Positions 13,138 to 27,329 of a DNA stretch of 64,000 bases are shown here, piece after piece. The position numbers and the translations under genes were made by a program. Origin of the DNA: Octopus sinensis (Eukaryota); the NCBI RefSeq assembly GCF_006345805.1, contig NC_043013.1:47306001-47370000 (forward strand). The letters are read 5' to 3'. The notes under the pieces are model-generated. The model saw only the letters and a program-made list of their open reading frames with translations. It searched no databases and was not told the origin of the DNA. Each line of letters begins with the position of its first letter. Positions within the stretch are counted from its first letter, which is position 1.

Positions 13138-13481
13138 AGATCTGCCTCAAGATGTAGGACAAGATACTGCAATAGCCTGGGCTTCAGAGGTCCACAGCTC
13201 TTCAATATCCTCTCGAAGAACCTGAGAGACCTGCATGGTGTAGTTGTAGGTGTCTTCAAAATAAAGCTGGACCTCTTCCTGTCAAGTGCCCCAGATGAAC
13301 CAACTTCGCGTTCGCAGCAGGAGGTGCAGATGCGCGCAGCTGTATCAAACTCTCTTATGCACCAAATGTCAATTCCTAAAAAGCATTCGTGAATTAAATG
13401 TTTTAGCAACACCAAATGGCGGTGCCTCAGCATCGCCACAGCTCGTGAGCTGAAATTAGATAAAATAAATAAATAAATAAA
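13138..13481 (+). mobile_element. 5'-truncated CR1-like LINE 3' end (ORF2 C-terminus and tail)
   Basis: GPQLFNIL...FKIKLDLFLSSAPDEP...RAAVSNSLMHQ, followed by a 3' UTR stem-loop and a (TAAA)n tail. Confidence 0.7.
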
Positions 13482-13692
13482 ATGTGACCGCGTGTGTACC
13501 GTTGGCGATTGTTTTTCCTCCGTCTTCACTTCCTTGGACCTTTCCTTTTTCCATGTTTCCGACGAAGAGCTCTGCTCGAAACTTTAGATCCTCCTTCTTT
13601 CTTTCCTTTCCTGAGCGTCCAATAACACTATACTTGTTCCACGTCCTCGCGTTGTTGTATTTTCTCTTTGTGTTTCCATGTTTGGATTAGCT
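13482..13692 (+). mobile_element. PLE pseudo-LTR fragment (family P2) with a hammerhead-like core
   Basis: CCGACGA-A-GAGC-TCT-GCTC-GAAAC. Homologous to 23235-23375. Confidence 0.55.
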
Positions 13693-14129
13693 TTACACAC
13701 ACACAGACACACGGACACACAGACACACACACACACACACACACACACATATGCATACATGTGAATGATTGTGTGCAATTTTCAACTTATATAAAAGTTG
13801 AAAATTACCCGAGTACTCAATATCCTGTGTTGAGTAAAATTAATCATTCGAAAACTTACAGAATATTTTGTACATTGCTTTAACTGATCGTGTCTTCTAC
13901 AATAAAGCATTTTCCGAATAGACGTAATCTGGAAGTCGAGGACAATTATTCGAAGAAAATCGAGTCAAGATACACATCCATCTCAAAGTTTGCTTTATTC
14001 AACATGCAAATTAGTCACGGGAAAAATAATAGTTACCTACATTATAAGTATGCGTACGCACATACATATGTACACATGTGTTGTGTGTGTGTGTTTATGC
14101 AATTATATATATCTTTTTTTTTTTACACT

Positions 14130-14306
14130 TTTTACTTGTTTCAGTCATTTGACTGTGGCCATGCTGGAGCACCGCCTTTAGTCGAGCCTAGTACATATAT
14201 CGGTCTCTTTTGCTGAACCGCTAAGTTACGGGGACGTAAACACACCAGCATCGGTCGTCAAGCGATGTTGGGGGGGGGGGACAAACACAGACACACAAAC
14301 ACACAC

Positions 14307-14352
<46 letters not shown>

Positions 14353-14490
14353 GACGGGATTCTTTCAGTTTCCGCCTACCAAATCCACTCACAAGGCTTT
14401 GGTCAGCCCGAGGCTTAGCAGAAGACCGTGGGACTGAACCAGGAACCAGTGGTTCGTAAGCAGCTACTTACCACACACCACTCCTACGCC
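14130..14490 (-). mobile_element. Family A SINE with internal deletions
   Basis: Reverse complement of the family A head, core and tail. Confidence 0.85.
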
Positions 14491-14498
14491 TATATATA

Positions 14499-14573
<75 letters not shown>

Positions 14574-15288
14574 ATATATACATATATATATCTATATAAA
14601 TACTGCATGCATACATACATACAAATCGGACATATGTATGATACGCTCACGCTAATATCGTGTGTAAATATTGGCATGTACTTTTACATGAGATAAATAT
14701 GTGTATATATGCATGTACATATGTATATGTATGTAACTATTTCTACGAAAAATCTATAGTTGTGATGTTGAATGAGTTGAGATGAACTTGTAAATATTGA
14801 CATTCTTCTTCGTAGATGTATAAGTGTCAGTCCGTTTAAAGATGAGTAAATACACACACATACACACACACACACACACAGACACACACACACGCACACA
14901 CACACAGACGTACGCGTACATTCACACACACCACTTTTCATCACACTCACATCCACACACACATCATATATCTATATATGTATGTGTGTCTCCTTGCTCC
15001 TCTCTCTTTCTCTCTCCCTCTATGCATATATATATATATATGTATGCATATATACACATATACATAATTAAATAAATATACATATATAAAGAAATAAATA
15101 TATATTTATATATATGTATAGATATATGTAGCTACATGTACATACATACATACATATATACATATCTATACATATATATATATATAGTATATAACATATA
15201 TAAATTTATAAGCATATATTTTTATATATACGTATATACATGTATGTGTGTATAAGAATATGTGTATATGTGCATATATGTATATGTG

Positions 15289-15325
<37 letters not shown>

Positions 15326-16179
15326 CATATATTTGTATGTATATGTGTATATCACTAGATAAATATAAGCACATATACGATGCATACAGACACAGACACA
15401 CACACGCAGGGAGATATACTTATGCATACATACATACATACATAAATACATACATACATACACATGTATGAAATCCATGCCCACCTCCACTTCCCATCAT
15501 TGCGTGACCTTCGTAGGAGACCAGTTCCTAAGCATGAAATGTCTCATGTTTTCTCTACGTTGTCCCCAACATTTTCTTCTCAGCTTGATTGTCGTCACTA
15601 CTCAATGCAATCCCCCCGGACAACTCCCCCTCCCCCCAACATACTTGCTGCCCTTCCTCCTACTCCCTCCCTCCCTCCCCGCGCTCCCTCTCAATTTAAC
15701 TCCTTCCATGACATACACACTTGCAAATCTATGCACATACATCCGAACACACACACACATACAAATATATACCTATAGACACTCTGCTTGCGTACATACA
15801 TACATGCATACATACATGCATGAATGCATACGTACATACAAGCTTATATACTGGCGTACATACATACATACGCACGTACAGGCTGCTCTCTCTCTCTGTC
15901 TCCAGTTTCTTCTCCCTCATCCTTCATCAACCTCTTCCATCTAAGCTTTCCCTCACTCTCTGTCTCTCTGTCTCTCACTCACTCTCTCAAACATTCATCT
16001 CTTATTACATACATATAACTAAACCAGACACATACACCCTGTCTGTCTCTACGTCTGTCTGTCTGTCTCTCTTTCTTTCTCTCTCTCTGTCTCTCTGTCT
16101 CTCTCTCCTTCATTCCTCACAGTATCTTCTTTCCTTTCTGGTCTTTCTTTTCCCTTTCTTTTTCTTTCGCTCTCCCTCC

Positions 16180-16298
16180 ACCACCGACACCACCATCGTT
16201 ACCATCACCATATTCATCCCATCACCATCATCATCATCATCATCACCATCATCACCATCATCATCATCATCATTATTATCATCATCATCATCATCATT

Positions 16299-16334
<36 letters not shown>

Positions 16335-16522
16335 GTCATCACCATCATCACCATCATCATCATCATCATCATTATTATCATCACCATCATCATCATCATC
16401 ATCACATCATCATCATCACATCATCAACAGCAAGAACATTATTAACATTGTCATTGTCATCAACGTCGTCGCCATCGTCGTCATCATCACCATCATCATC
16501 ATTATCAACATCGTCATCGCCG

Positions 16523-16555
<33 letters not shown>

Positions 16556-16730
16556 CCATCATCACCATCATCATCGCGACATCATCTGTCGTCATCATCA
16601 TCATCATCATAATCACCTTTCATCAACATAGTCGTCGTCATCGTTTTAATTGACATCATCATCATCATCATCATCATCAACAACGTCTTCATCGTCATCA
16701 TCATCATCAATCATCATCATCAACCTCCTC
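16180..16730. repeat. Degenerate (CAT)n trinucleotide tract
   Basis: Directly visible. Confidence 0.95.
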
Positions 16731-17650
16731 CGCACCTACTCATTATATTAAATGCATATAAACTTTCTCCATCTCGGTCTCTCTCCCTCTCTCCCTCTCT
16801 ATCTCATCCTCACATACACACCCTTTCTCCTTCATTGCTTTCCTCACCCTGTGTCTCTACCCCACCCCTACTTCATACACACACGCACACACACACACGC
16901 ACGCACACACACACACGCACGCACACGTGCGCGCACACATGCACGCACGTACACACATAAAACCATACATACCTGCATACGTAAGTATATACATACACAA
17001 ACTGAGAAACACAAACCACAGCTCTTTCTCCTTCTTCCCCTCTCCTTTCTCTTCTCTTTTCTCCTTCCCTCTGTCCCCCCCCTCTGTCTTTCTGTCTCCC
17101 TCTGTCTTTCTGTCTCCCTCTGTCTGTCTGTCTGTCTCTCCCCTTCACCCTCTCACCCTCTCTCCCTCTCTCTCTCTCCCTCTCTCTCTCCCTCTCTCTT
17201 GTTATATATCTTCAGTTCAGATTATATTCTGTTTTCTTTAAACAAATACAAGATCTTACATTCCTTTTTCATCTTTCAACCACTTATATTTCCTTAGCCA
17301 TTTCATTTTTAATATTCAAACAACGTTCTTAGTTTTAAAAATTCTTAGAATTTGCTGAATTCTCTTTAAAATTCCAGAAATTCTCACTTCTCTGGTTTTA
17401 TGTTATTTCCATTTCTTCCATTGACATTTTGAAAAATTATTCTTAATCTTCAAATTTTGGTTTCATTTATTTTCTCTATGTATGTACATATGTACCTATG
17501 TACATATATAAGGATATATATATATATATATACACATATATATATACGTACATACGTATGTATGAATGTAACACATTTATATACGTATATGTATATGTGT
17601 GTGAATGACTGTTTTCGTATGTGTATGTATGTATGACTATATTATATATT

Positions 17651-17710
<60 letters not shown>

Positions 17711-18039
17711 TGCCTGTATTTATGTGTGTATGTGTGCGTGTGTGTATGTGTGTTTGCACGAGTGTATGTATACATATGTACAAGTCTATCAAGATTATCT
17801 ATGTCTGTCTGTATGTGTGTATGTGTTTGTGGGAGTGTTTGTGTGTTTACGTGTGTGTGTGTGTGTGAGTGTGTGTGTGAGTGTGAGTGTGTGTGTACGT
17901 GTGTGTTGTGTCTGGAAGTGTGTCTCTATATATTTTTTCTTCTTCTATCAACTTTTGCGCAGCTTCATGCCAAGAGATGATTTACTCCGTAAAAATAGAT
18001 AAATAATTAAATAACACAGTTTAATAACAGTTGCAATCA

Positions 18040-18335
18040 TGGATATAATAATAATAATAACAATAATAATAATAATAATAATAATGATAATAATAATAAT
18101 AATAATAATGATGATAATAATGAGGATGATGATGATGAGGATGATAATGATGATGATGATATCATCAATGATGATGAGGAGGAGGAGGAGAAAGAGGATG
18201 TCGGCCATTACAGCGTCTGTTGAAGTGACACATATGGGAGGGGATGTGGTCATGGTGATAGTGTTGGTAGTGGTGGTGTTGAGGATAATGATGATGATCT
18301 TGATGATAATGATGAGGAGGAGTAGGATAATGATA

Positions 18336-18366
<31 letters not shown>

Positions 18367-18696
18367 GGTGGAGGAGGAGGATAATGATGATGTTGGTGAC
18401 GATTAAGGTGGTGGACAGCAGTGGCAGTGGTGGTGGTGGCGGTGATGCTGTTCATTATTATCGTCATTATGGCGAGAGGTGGTCATTATCAAGGGTGGGT
18501 TTAAACGATGGTGGTGATACCAGTGGCGTCGGTGGTGATGATGATGATGATCTGGAAGCCCCGGTCGGGGTGAAGCTAGTGAGGTGACGTGGGCGTGAGA
18601 GGTGGCAAGCGGGGGAGGGGGGGGTGAGAAACAGGAAAATGGAGGACGGTAAAGATGATGGCGATAATGACGGTGATGTGACGATGGAGATGATGA

Positions 18697-18730
<34 letters not shown>

Positions 18731-19443
18731 GGTGGTGGTGGTGATGATGATGACGACGATGATGATGATGAGGATGATGATGATGATGGTGATGGTAGTG
18801 ATGATGACGATGATGATGATGATGATGATGTTGATGATGATGATGATGATGTTGTTGATGATGATGATGATGATGTTGATGATGATGATGATGATGATGA
18901 TGATGTTGGTGGTAGTGGTGGTGGTGGTGGTGATGATGATGATGATGATGACGATGATGATGATGATAATGACGATGATGATGATGAAGATGATGGTAAT
19001 GATGATGATGATGATGATGATAATGATGATATTGATGATGAGTATAATGATGATGATGATGGTGGTAGTGATGATGATGATGACGACGATGATGATGATG
19101 ATGACGACGATGATGATGATGACGACGATGATGATGATGATGATAGTGGTGGCGATCGTTGTGCTTGTGGTGGTGGTGGGTGTGGTTGTGGTGGTGGTTG
19201 TGGTGGTTTTGGTGGTGGTGTTGGTGGTGGTGAGAGTGCTGATGACGACAGCGATGACAACGATGCTACTTCTGCTGCTGCTGCTGCTGCCGCTGATGAT
19301 GATGATGATGATGGTGCCGACAATGAAAACGAGGACAATGATGATGATGTTGACGATAAATGATGTTCTTGATGTTGATGTTGATGATGGATGAGAGGCT
19401 AATAGCTATTAACGACAACGATAGTGACGAAAGGAACGATGGA

Positions 19444-19478
<35 letters not shown>

Positions 19479-19643
19479 CGCGACGACGACGAGGTCGACA
19501 ACGACGATGATAGTGATGATGATGATGAAAAGGATACACTTTAAGACAATATCTGACAATGAGGAAACAACAAGGGGGAGAGAGAGTTTTCAAGAAAATT
19601 ATGAAAAATAAAGACACGATAAACAGTAGTAGTAGTGGTGGTG

Positions 19644-19689
<46 letters not shown>

Positions 19690-19845
19690 CAGTAGCAGCA
19701 GCAGCAACACAACCACCACCAACAGTACCACAACCACCACCACCGGCATCACCACAAGGAGCGAGACAGCTGTAGTAGTAGTAGTAGTAGCAGCAGTGGT
19801 GGTGGTGGTAGTAGTAGTAGTATAGTAGTATTAGTAGCAGTGGTG

Positions 19846-19881
<36 letters not shown>

Positions 19882-19935
19882 GTTGTGATGTTGGGTGAGG
19901 TGGGGGTGGTGCTGTTGCTGCTGCTGGTAGTGGTA
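18040..19935. repeat. Large compound (AAT/GAT/GGT/GTA)n low-complexity region
   Basis: Directly visible; source of the poly-M/S/P/H ORFs. Confidence 0.9.
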
Positions 19936-20320
19936 GACACAGAAGGTAAGGGTGGCGTGAACTTTTGGCTAATTACAAAGATAGCTGGATAGAGTGGTAG
20001 GTAAAGACAGTGTCAGGCATCCAGGTGTAACAGGAATAAATAAGGAAAGAAAAAAACACAGCAGAGAAATAAAAGGAAAAAAATGAAAAGATTTTAATAT
20101 ATTTAAATCAGGAAGAAAACTAACTTAATATTCATGAGATATTAAAGCAGAGTTAATTTGTATATATATATATTATATGGATACGTATCATCTGTATATG
20201 AATATATACACGTGCGTGCACACATACATATCGATGTGCATATATATCTATATAAGAAATATATAGTATATATATATTTAAATAGATGTAGATATATATA
20301 TATATATAATTATAATATAT

Positions 20321-20352
<32 letters not shown>

Positions 20353-20861
20353 CATATACATAAATGTATATGTATATATATATACATATACATAATATAT
20401 ATATATTATTAAATTACATAGCTAGCAAGCTAGATAGCTGTAGGTGTATGCTTACTATAGCGCGTATATATCTATATCAATATATAATACATAAATATAT
20501 ATATATATACATATATATATATAGATTATATATATATCTATATTGTATATATATACATATATATATGTTATATATATATATATATATGTTTTATATATAG
20601 TATGTATTTATGTATGTATGTATGTATGTATGTATGTATGTATGTATGTATGCATGTGTCTGTTCCACTGTGTTTGTGTGCGTGTACGTGTGTATCATAG
20701 TACGTATGCTTCAATATTGTATGTATGTATATGTATATATAAATATAAATTTGTATCTATTTATATATGCACGAATACACAGCCAAAGGAATGAGACATA
20801 CATAGACCTATATATACGTATATTCGAATGTTTGCATATATATATATAATGTATGTGTTAT

Positions 20862-20924
<63 letters not shown>

Positions 20925-21024
20925 TATACATACATACATACATACATATATACATACATACATACAACATACACAGACAGAGAAAGGAGGCACACAGATA
21001 GATGGCTAGATAGATATATAGATG

Positions 21025-21074
<50 letters not shown>

Positions 21075-21271
21075 GTGAGAGAGAGAGAGAGACAGACAGA
21101 GATTTATATACATATAAGTCTGTATGTGTATACAGAGTTAGGTTACCTCGCACGCGCACACAAACATAAACTCACATAATTATAATTAGTTCAGCATTTT
21201 TTCCCTTCTGTTCATGTAAGATTTAATATTATTTAACAAACCTATTCTACACTCATGGAAAAGCAGCCAGA

Positions 21272-21303
<32 letters not shown>

Positions 21304-21404
21304 TCTCTCTGTCTCTCTCTTTCTCCTCTCATTCGCTCTAATATTTCCCCTCACATCACTCTCTCACTTTCTCTATTTCTCTTTGTCCCTCTGACACACA
21401 CACA

Positions 21405-21437
<33 letters not shown>

Positions 21438-21879
21438 TCTGTCTCACTCATATACACACGCACACTCACTATTTGAAATAACCTGAATATCCTCTTTTTC
21501 TTCACTTGTAGATGTCGCTATTTATAATATATATAATGTATATGATCGAGAGGTGTGCATATATGGCAAACGATATGTTTTTTATATGCACACAAGCGGT
21601 TTTTTTTTTTTACTGATATATACATATATACACATATATTACACATATATATATATAAGTACTTGATATATAGATATATGTGTGTGTGTATGATATTACA
21701 TAATATATTTATATATATATATATATATATAATATATATATATATATAAGCAAGTGCATATGTGTATAGATAATATGTGTGCATTCATATATATTTTACA
21801 CGTAGCCATACATAATAAATCCGTTTATTCATTTACGTATCTGTCTTTCAATATACCTGAATGAATGAATTATATATAT

Positions 21880-22306
21880 ATATATATAAATACATACATG
21901 CATACTAACAACCACACTACACACTCTCACACACACATATATAATGCATCCATCATCCATACATACTCATACATACATCATACCTACATGCATACATACA
22001 TACATACATATGTACATACATACATACACACATACACCCATACATACATACATACATACACACACTACATACATACATACATACATGCATACATACATAC
22101 TACACACAACTACATACACTACATCCATACATACACGCATACATACATACATATATACATACACACATGCATACATACATACATACAGACATACTACCAC
22201 ATACATGCATACATACACACAACACCCACATACATGCTACATACACACACACACACATACATAACATACATACATACATACATACATACATACATACATA
22301 CATACA

Positions 22307-22340
<34 letters not shown>

Positions 22341-22380
22341 CGTACATACATACATACATATACTTCTATACATATATATC
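21880..22380. repeat. (CATA)n tetranucleotide tract
   Basis: Directly visible. Confidence 0.95.
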
Positions 22381-22551
22381 TGAATATGCGTATACATCAA
22401 GAAGCTGCACTGAAATGCTTACATAACCATGTGGAGTTCTGACTGAGAACTTGTCAGTGCACATGTGCTTACCTGCTGGAGGCAGTGATAATTCACATAC
22501 ATCGGCAGATTTGATGCTCTTATTGATGTTATACTACAAACTACACACACA

Positions 22552-22592
<41 letters not shown>

Positions 22593-22699
22593 CATACATG
22601 TATGCATATATGTATGTATTATGCATACATATAGTGATGTATATATACCTGCATATTTATGTACATATAAATAAACATTGTACATTGATGCATATACAG

Positions 22700-22742
<43 letters not shown>

Positions 22743-23006
22743 TATATATATATAATATATATATATATATCTATATATATATATTTTATATATGTAGGCA
22801 TACATTACATATCCCACACCCGGATATGTCTCCGCAAACAATAACTCTCTGCTCGAATGGGCCTTGGTGCCCAAATCCTGAACTGAAAGACTTCACCAGG
22901 TGGTGCTATTAAGTTAGACATGGCTGGGCCAATACTGGCCAAAACCTTTCTAAGTTATTCAATTTATGTATATATGTATATGTACGTGTACAGATACGTG
23001 TATTTG

Positions 23007-23049
<43 letters not shown>

Positions 23050-23234
23050 CATACATATATATAGAGAGAGGGAGAGAAATTATTTATTATGCCTATATAC
23101 ATATATATATGTATAAATGTTTCTTTCTACATACATCTAAATGAGATTTAAAATTATATATTATATACACATATATATTATACACACACATATATATATA
23201 TATATATATAATATATACATATATGCATGTGGCA

Positions 23235-23375
23235 ACTCGTAAACACCAGTCGTCTTTTTTTCTCTTCCCTGTTGCCCGCTCGGGATCTTTCTTTCCTCTC
23301 TCTTCCTTCTTTATGTTCCGACGAAGAGCTCCGCTCGAAACGTCATACCTCCTGCTTCCATCTCCTGAGCGCCTA
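23235..23375 (+). mobile_element. PLE pseudo-LTR fragment (family P2)
   Basis: CCGACGA-A-GAGC-TCC-GCTC-GAAACGTC. Homologous to 13482-13692. Confidence 0.55.
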
Positions 23376-23435
23376 TTAATAATAATACTGTAATTGTTCC
23401 TGTTGTTGTTGTTTTTTTGTTTTCCCTTTTGGATT

Positions 23436-23478
<43 letters not shown>

Positions 23479-23746
23479 GCGTACCTAATATAAATTATAT
23501 ATGTGTGCAGATATAGATATATATATATGTATACATCTATATGAGTATATATAAATATACATACATACACATACTCACACACATACATAAAGCCCAAAAA
23601 TATACGTATATGTGTGTTTGTGTGTGTTGTACGCTGGATGCCGTTGTTTTGTTACAACGGGAAGGAACATTATTATTTTCCTTACTGCTTTCTAGTGAGC
23701 TCGCATACCCACATATATGTGTATATATATATATATGTGTGTGTGT

Positions 23747-23839
<93 letters not shown>

Positions 23840-23944
23840 GCGTACATACGGCGGTGCATCAGCATGGCCGCAGCTCTGGGCTGAACTTAAAATATATATA
23901 TATATATACTAATAATAATAATAATATAATAATAATAATAATAA

Positions 23945-24302
23945 TATAACCTGTTGTCATAGGTCCCTGGAATGATAGCAAAAGTGGCTGATAGCTACCT
24001 AACTCCAGATACCAGGAAACCCAAAAATGGCAGAAGTTCAAAAGATAGTTCTCATGGGAACTGCTCATATCCTACGCAAAATACTCTCTATGTAACCTCA
24101 AGGTTTAAAACAACATAATTTTCGGTTTAAAAAAAAAAAAACTTTTTTTTTTAGACATTCATTAGTACAACATCCCCACCCCCCAAATATATGGCACACT
24201 AGGCATAACAACAACATGAACTTCCAACCCTGTTGTCTCTTGAGGTCTCTGGGTGAGACTTGGAGCCAACTTGTACAAATATAAAGCAAAAGTCAAACGT
24301 AG
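23945..24302 (+). mobile_element. 3' fragment of an R4/Dong-like LINE
   Basis: PVVIG...GNPKMAEVQKIVLMGTAHILRKILSM* plus a 3' UTR, embedded between (AAT)n tracts. Confidence 0.7.
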
Positions 24303-25073
24303 AATAATAATAGTAATAATAATAATAATAATAAAAATAATAATAATAATGATAATAATAATGATGATGATATTGATACTACTACTAATAATAATGATAA
24401 TAATTTATTAGGTCATGAGAAGATGGATTTGGTATTAATCTGTAATTTTGTACAACTGTCGTTTCGACCCCTCCTGCTACTGTCCCTTATGGGTGGAACT
24501 CCTTTCAACAGGTGTTGCATCAGTTTTGCAGTCTAGGTTTCATCAGGTACAGCTACACATAAAGTTTTGTGTTTCGCTAAAGATCCTTAGTTTTCGGCTG
24601 TCATGTTCTCATATGCCTGTCAGATTAGACCATGTAACAATAAGACAGCCAAAACTCAGGATCTTTCGTAAGTGTTTCATGCTTTATTTAAGAATCTATT
24701 CCACGCGAAAAATAAATCTATTATCTAAAACCTGAAAGCGACGGGATCCTCTCTGAAGCTTGCAAAATTTGCATGGAACTAAATCAATAATAAAATACTC
24801 ACACACACATACATACATAATAAAAAGCAACAGCAAAAGAATGGGTCCTCCATACTAGAAATAGAGGATTATGTATGTATGTTATAATTTGGAAAAAACA
24901 GTAAAAGGGTGTTATTATAGCCGAAGTGTCTTCGCCCTGACATTTGAAACCATTAATTGTTTGATCTAAATATAAAACACACACACACAAGCACACACAT
25001 ATACATATACATACATATAAATTTTTTTGTATCTATGTATATTTGAATGTATGTATAAGAAATTAAAATGATA

Positions 25074-25433
25074 ATGGAATAAGAAATTATGCTGTGAAGT
25101 CTTGTGATTGCCTCTGTTGGTTCGTCGGATCTTCGAACAACCAAGTGCGATTTTAATTTTGGAAATATGTTTCAACGCATGTATACAGGTATAAAACATA
25201 CTTGCGTGTATGCATATGTGTGTATGTACATGTATAAAAATATATACCTATCGATATCGCCTCGCTTTCCCCACTCTCTGTCACTATTAGACAGACACAC
25301 GCATATATATATATATATACAGAGATATGTATGTATATATATGTATATATAAAATACAAAATACAAAGTTATATCTTGAGATTGCTAGTGATAACTATAC
25401 ACAAAATATATAACAAACTGGAATTGTAGTGCT
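25074..25433 (+). repeat. Dispersed unclassified repeat
   Basis: 25074-25300 is nearly identical to 32616-32840. 25350-25433 matches ~2002-2085. Confidence 0.75.
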
Positions 25434-25538
25434 CCATATGAGCTATATACCAATATGTATATATATATTGTTAAAAATGGTGAGACAACAAAAGAAAGAA
25501 AGAGACCTCGATATTATGTAAATGGAGGAATTTATCTG

Positions 25539-25745
25539 TAAATGTAATATGTGACAATTATTTAGTAGCCACGGTAAAACTCCGAGTATCGGATGCCGAG
25601 GTGGAAATCCACGCCACGATGTCTTCACTTATCCGGCCATGCGATAGCAGGATTACTGAAGAGATGGCGGCGTGGATTTCCACCTCGGCATCCGAAACTC
25701 GGAGTTTTATCATGGCTACCAAATAATTGTCACATATTACATTTA
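25539..25745. repeat. ~96-bp-arm inverted repeat containing a hammerhead-like motif
   Basis: Arms 25539-25634 and 25650-25745 are reverse complements with a few mismatches. The right arm has CTGAAGA-GATG...CATCC-GAAACTCGGAGT-T-TTATC. Confidence 0.8.
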
Positions 25746-25990
25746 TATATATATATATACATATAAACACACACAAACACGCACACATATATGTGTGTAT
25801 GTATATATATTTAAAATTTTAAATGTAAAATGTTTTGCTAGATTATTTTGTCTTTTTATCTTATCTCCTGGTGCTGTATGAACTTTTAATGGGGCTTTAG
25901 AGTCAGGTTTTAGCTGCTATTTCCAGCGTGGCGGTATCTCTTAGATAGCTTAAATTATAATTTTAATATATATATGTACATACATATATA

Positions 25991-26108
25991 CGACGGGCTT
26001 CGTTCAGTTTCCGTCTAGCAAATCCACTCACAAGGCTTTGGTCGACCCGAGACTAAAGCAGAAGACACTTCCCCAAGGTGCCACGCAGTAGAACTGGACC
26101 CAGAACCA
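25991..26108 (-). mobile_element. Family A SINE fragment
   Basis: CGACGGGCTTC...AAATCCACTCACAAGGCTTTGG...GGTGCCACGCAG. Confidence 0.8.
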
Positions 26109-26175
<67 letters not shown>

Positions 26176-26409
26176 AGTACTTATATATGTCAACCTGGCT
26201 GTAATATACATTGACCCTCATAAACACATTCTGTTTCCCTTTCTCTCTTTTTCCTTTCTTGTTTTCTATGATTTTCCTTTCTTTTATTGTCATGGATTCT
26301 ATCACATCCAAGCTGTTTCTATTCCCAAGATATACTTTTACAAGTTTTCTGTTTTGCTCTTCTTCATTGTGGTTTTACCTATTTTCATGTATTTATCCTT
26401 ATAAATGCG

Positions 26410-26466
<57 letters not shown>

Positions 26467-26651
26467 TTTATCTTAATCCATTTCTTGGAGGGGCTCCTCC
26501 CACTCCAGTTCCTGACTTCATTTCCTACATTCGTTTGTGCTTCTTTCATTCGTGTAATAACTGAAGAGGATTTGGTAACCTTCTGTGTTCTCTGTTCGTG
26601 TGTGTATTTAGTATATATTCGTATGTCTATTTACTGCACGTATGTTTGAAT

Positions 26652-26708
<57 letters not shown>

Positions 26709-26734
26709 GTGTTTACATTTATATATATATATAA

Positions 26735-26925
26735 GCACATGAATGGCTGTGTGGTATCTTGCTATAGACATAAGAGTGGTTATATGGTAAGTAGCTTGCT
26801 TCCCAACCACATGGTTCCCAGTTCAGTCCCACTTGCGTGGCACCTTGGGCAAGTGTCTTGGGGTCGATGTGTTCGAATGAAGGTGGTGCTCCAGCATAGC
26901 CGCAGTCAAATGACTGAAACAAGTG
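26735..26925 (+). mobile_element. Family A SINE, head fused to tail (core deleted)
   Basis: The head GGTAAGTAGCTTGC...GGCAAGTGTCTT is joined directly to GGGGTCGA...GCAGTCAAATGACTGAAAC. Confidence 0.75.
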
Positions 26926-27329
26926 AATGATTGAAAGAATGAAAGTACATATTTAAATGTAATTACTTTCCCCAATAAAACTGCATGCACACACGCACAC
27001 AAATGTATATGTGTGTGTGTCCATATATTAAGAAGAAGACAAAGAAAATCCATTATCACATCTTTAATGATCCGTTACAATTGTTTCTGTGCCACCTCAA
27101 CTTCCAACGCCGGTTTAAGCAAAATTTCGAATTGAAATTTTACGTTATGTTTGCGGTTTTAGACATTAGAGGGGCACTTTATCAGACTTGCATCAAAAGT
27201 GCGCTCTGAAATTGTTCGTCTTCCAGACTTTGTTTTCTGGCTTGTATCGAGAGGAAACAAAAAATATATAAAGTTTGATATATATACACACACACACAAG
27301 CATTCGCCTATGTGAGTATTGCATGTTAT

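Noticed and set aside
15721-19940. Long poly-S/M/P/H/I ORFs as host exons
   Set aside because: Translations of trinucleotide tracts, open in several frames and on both strands, with no domain or convincing splice pair.
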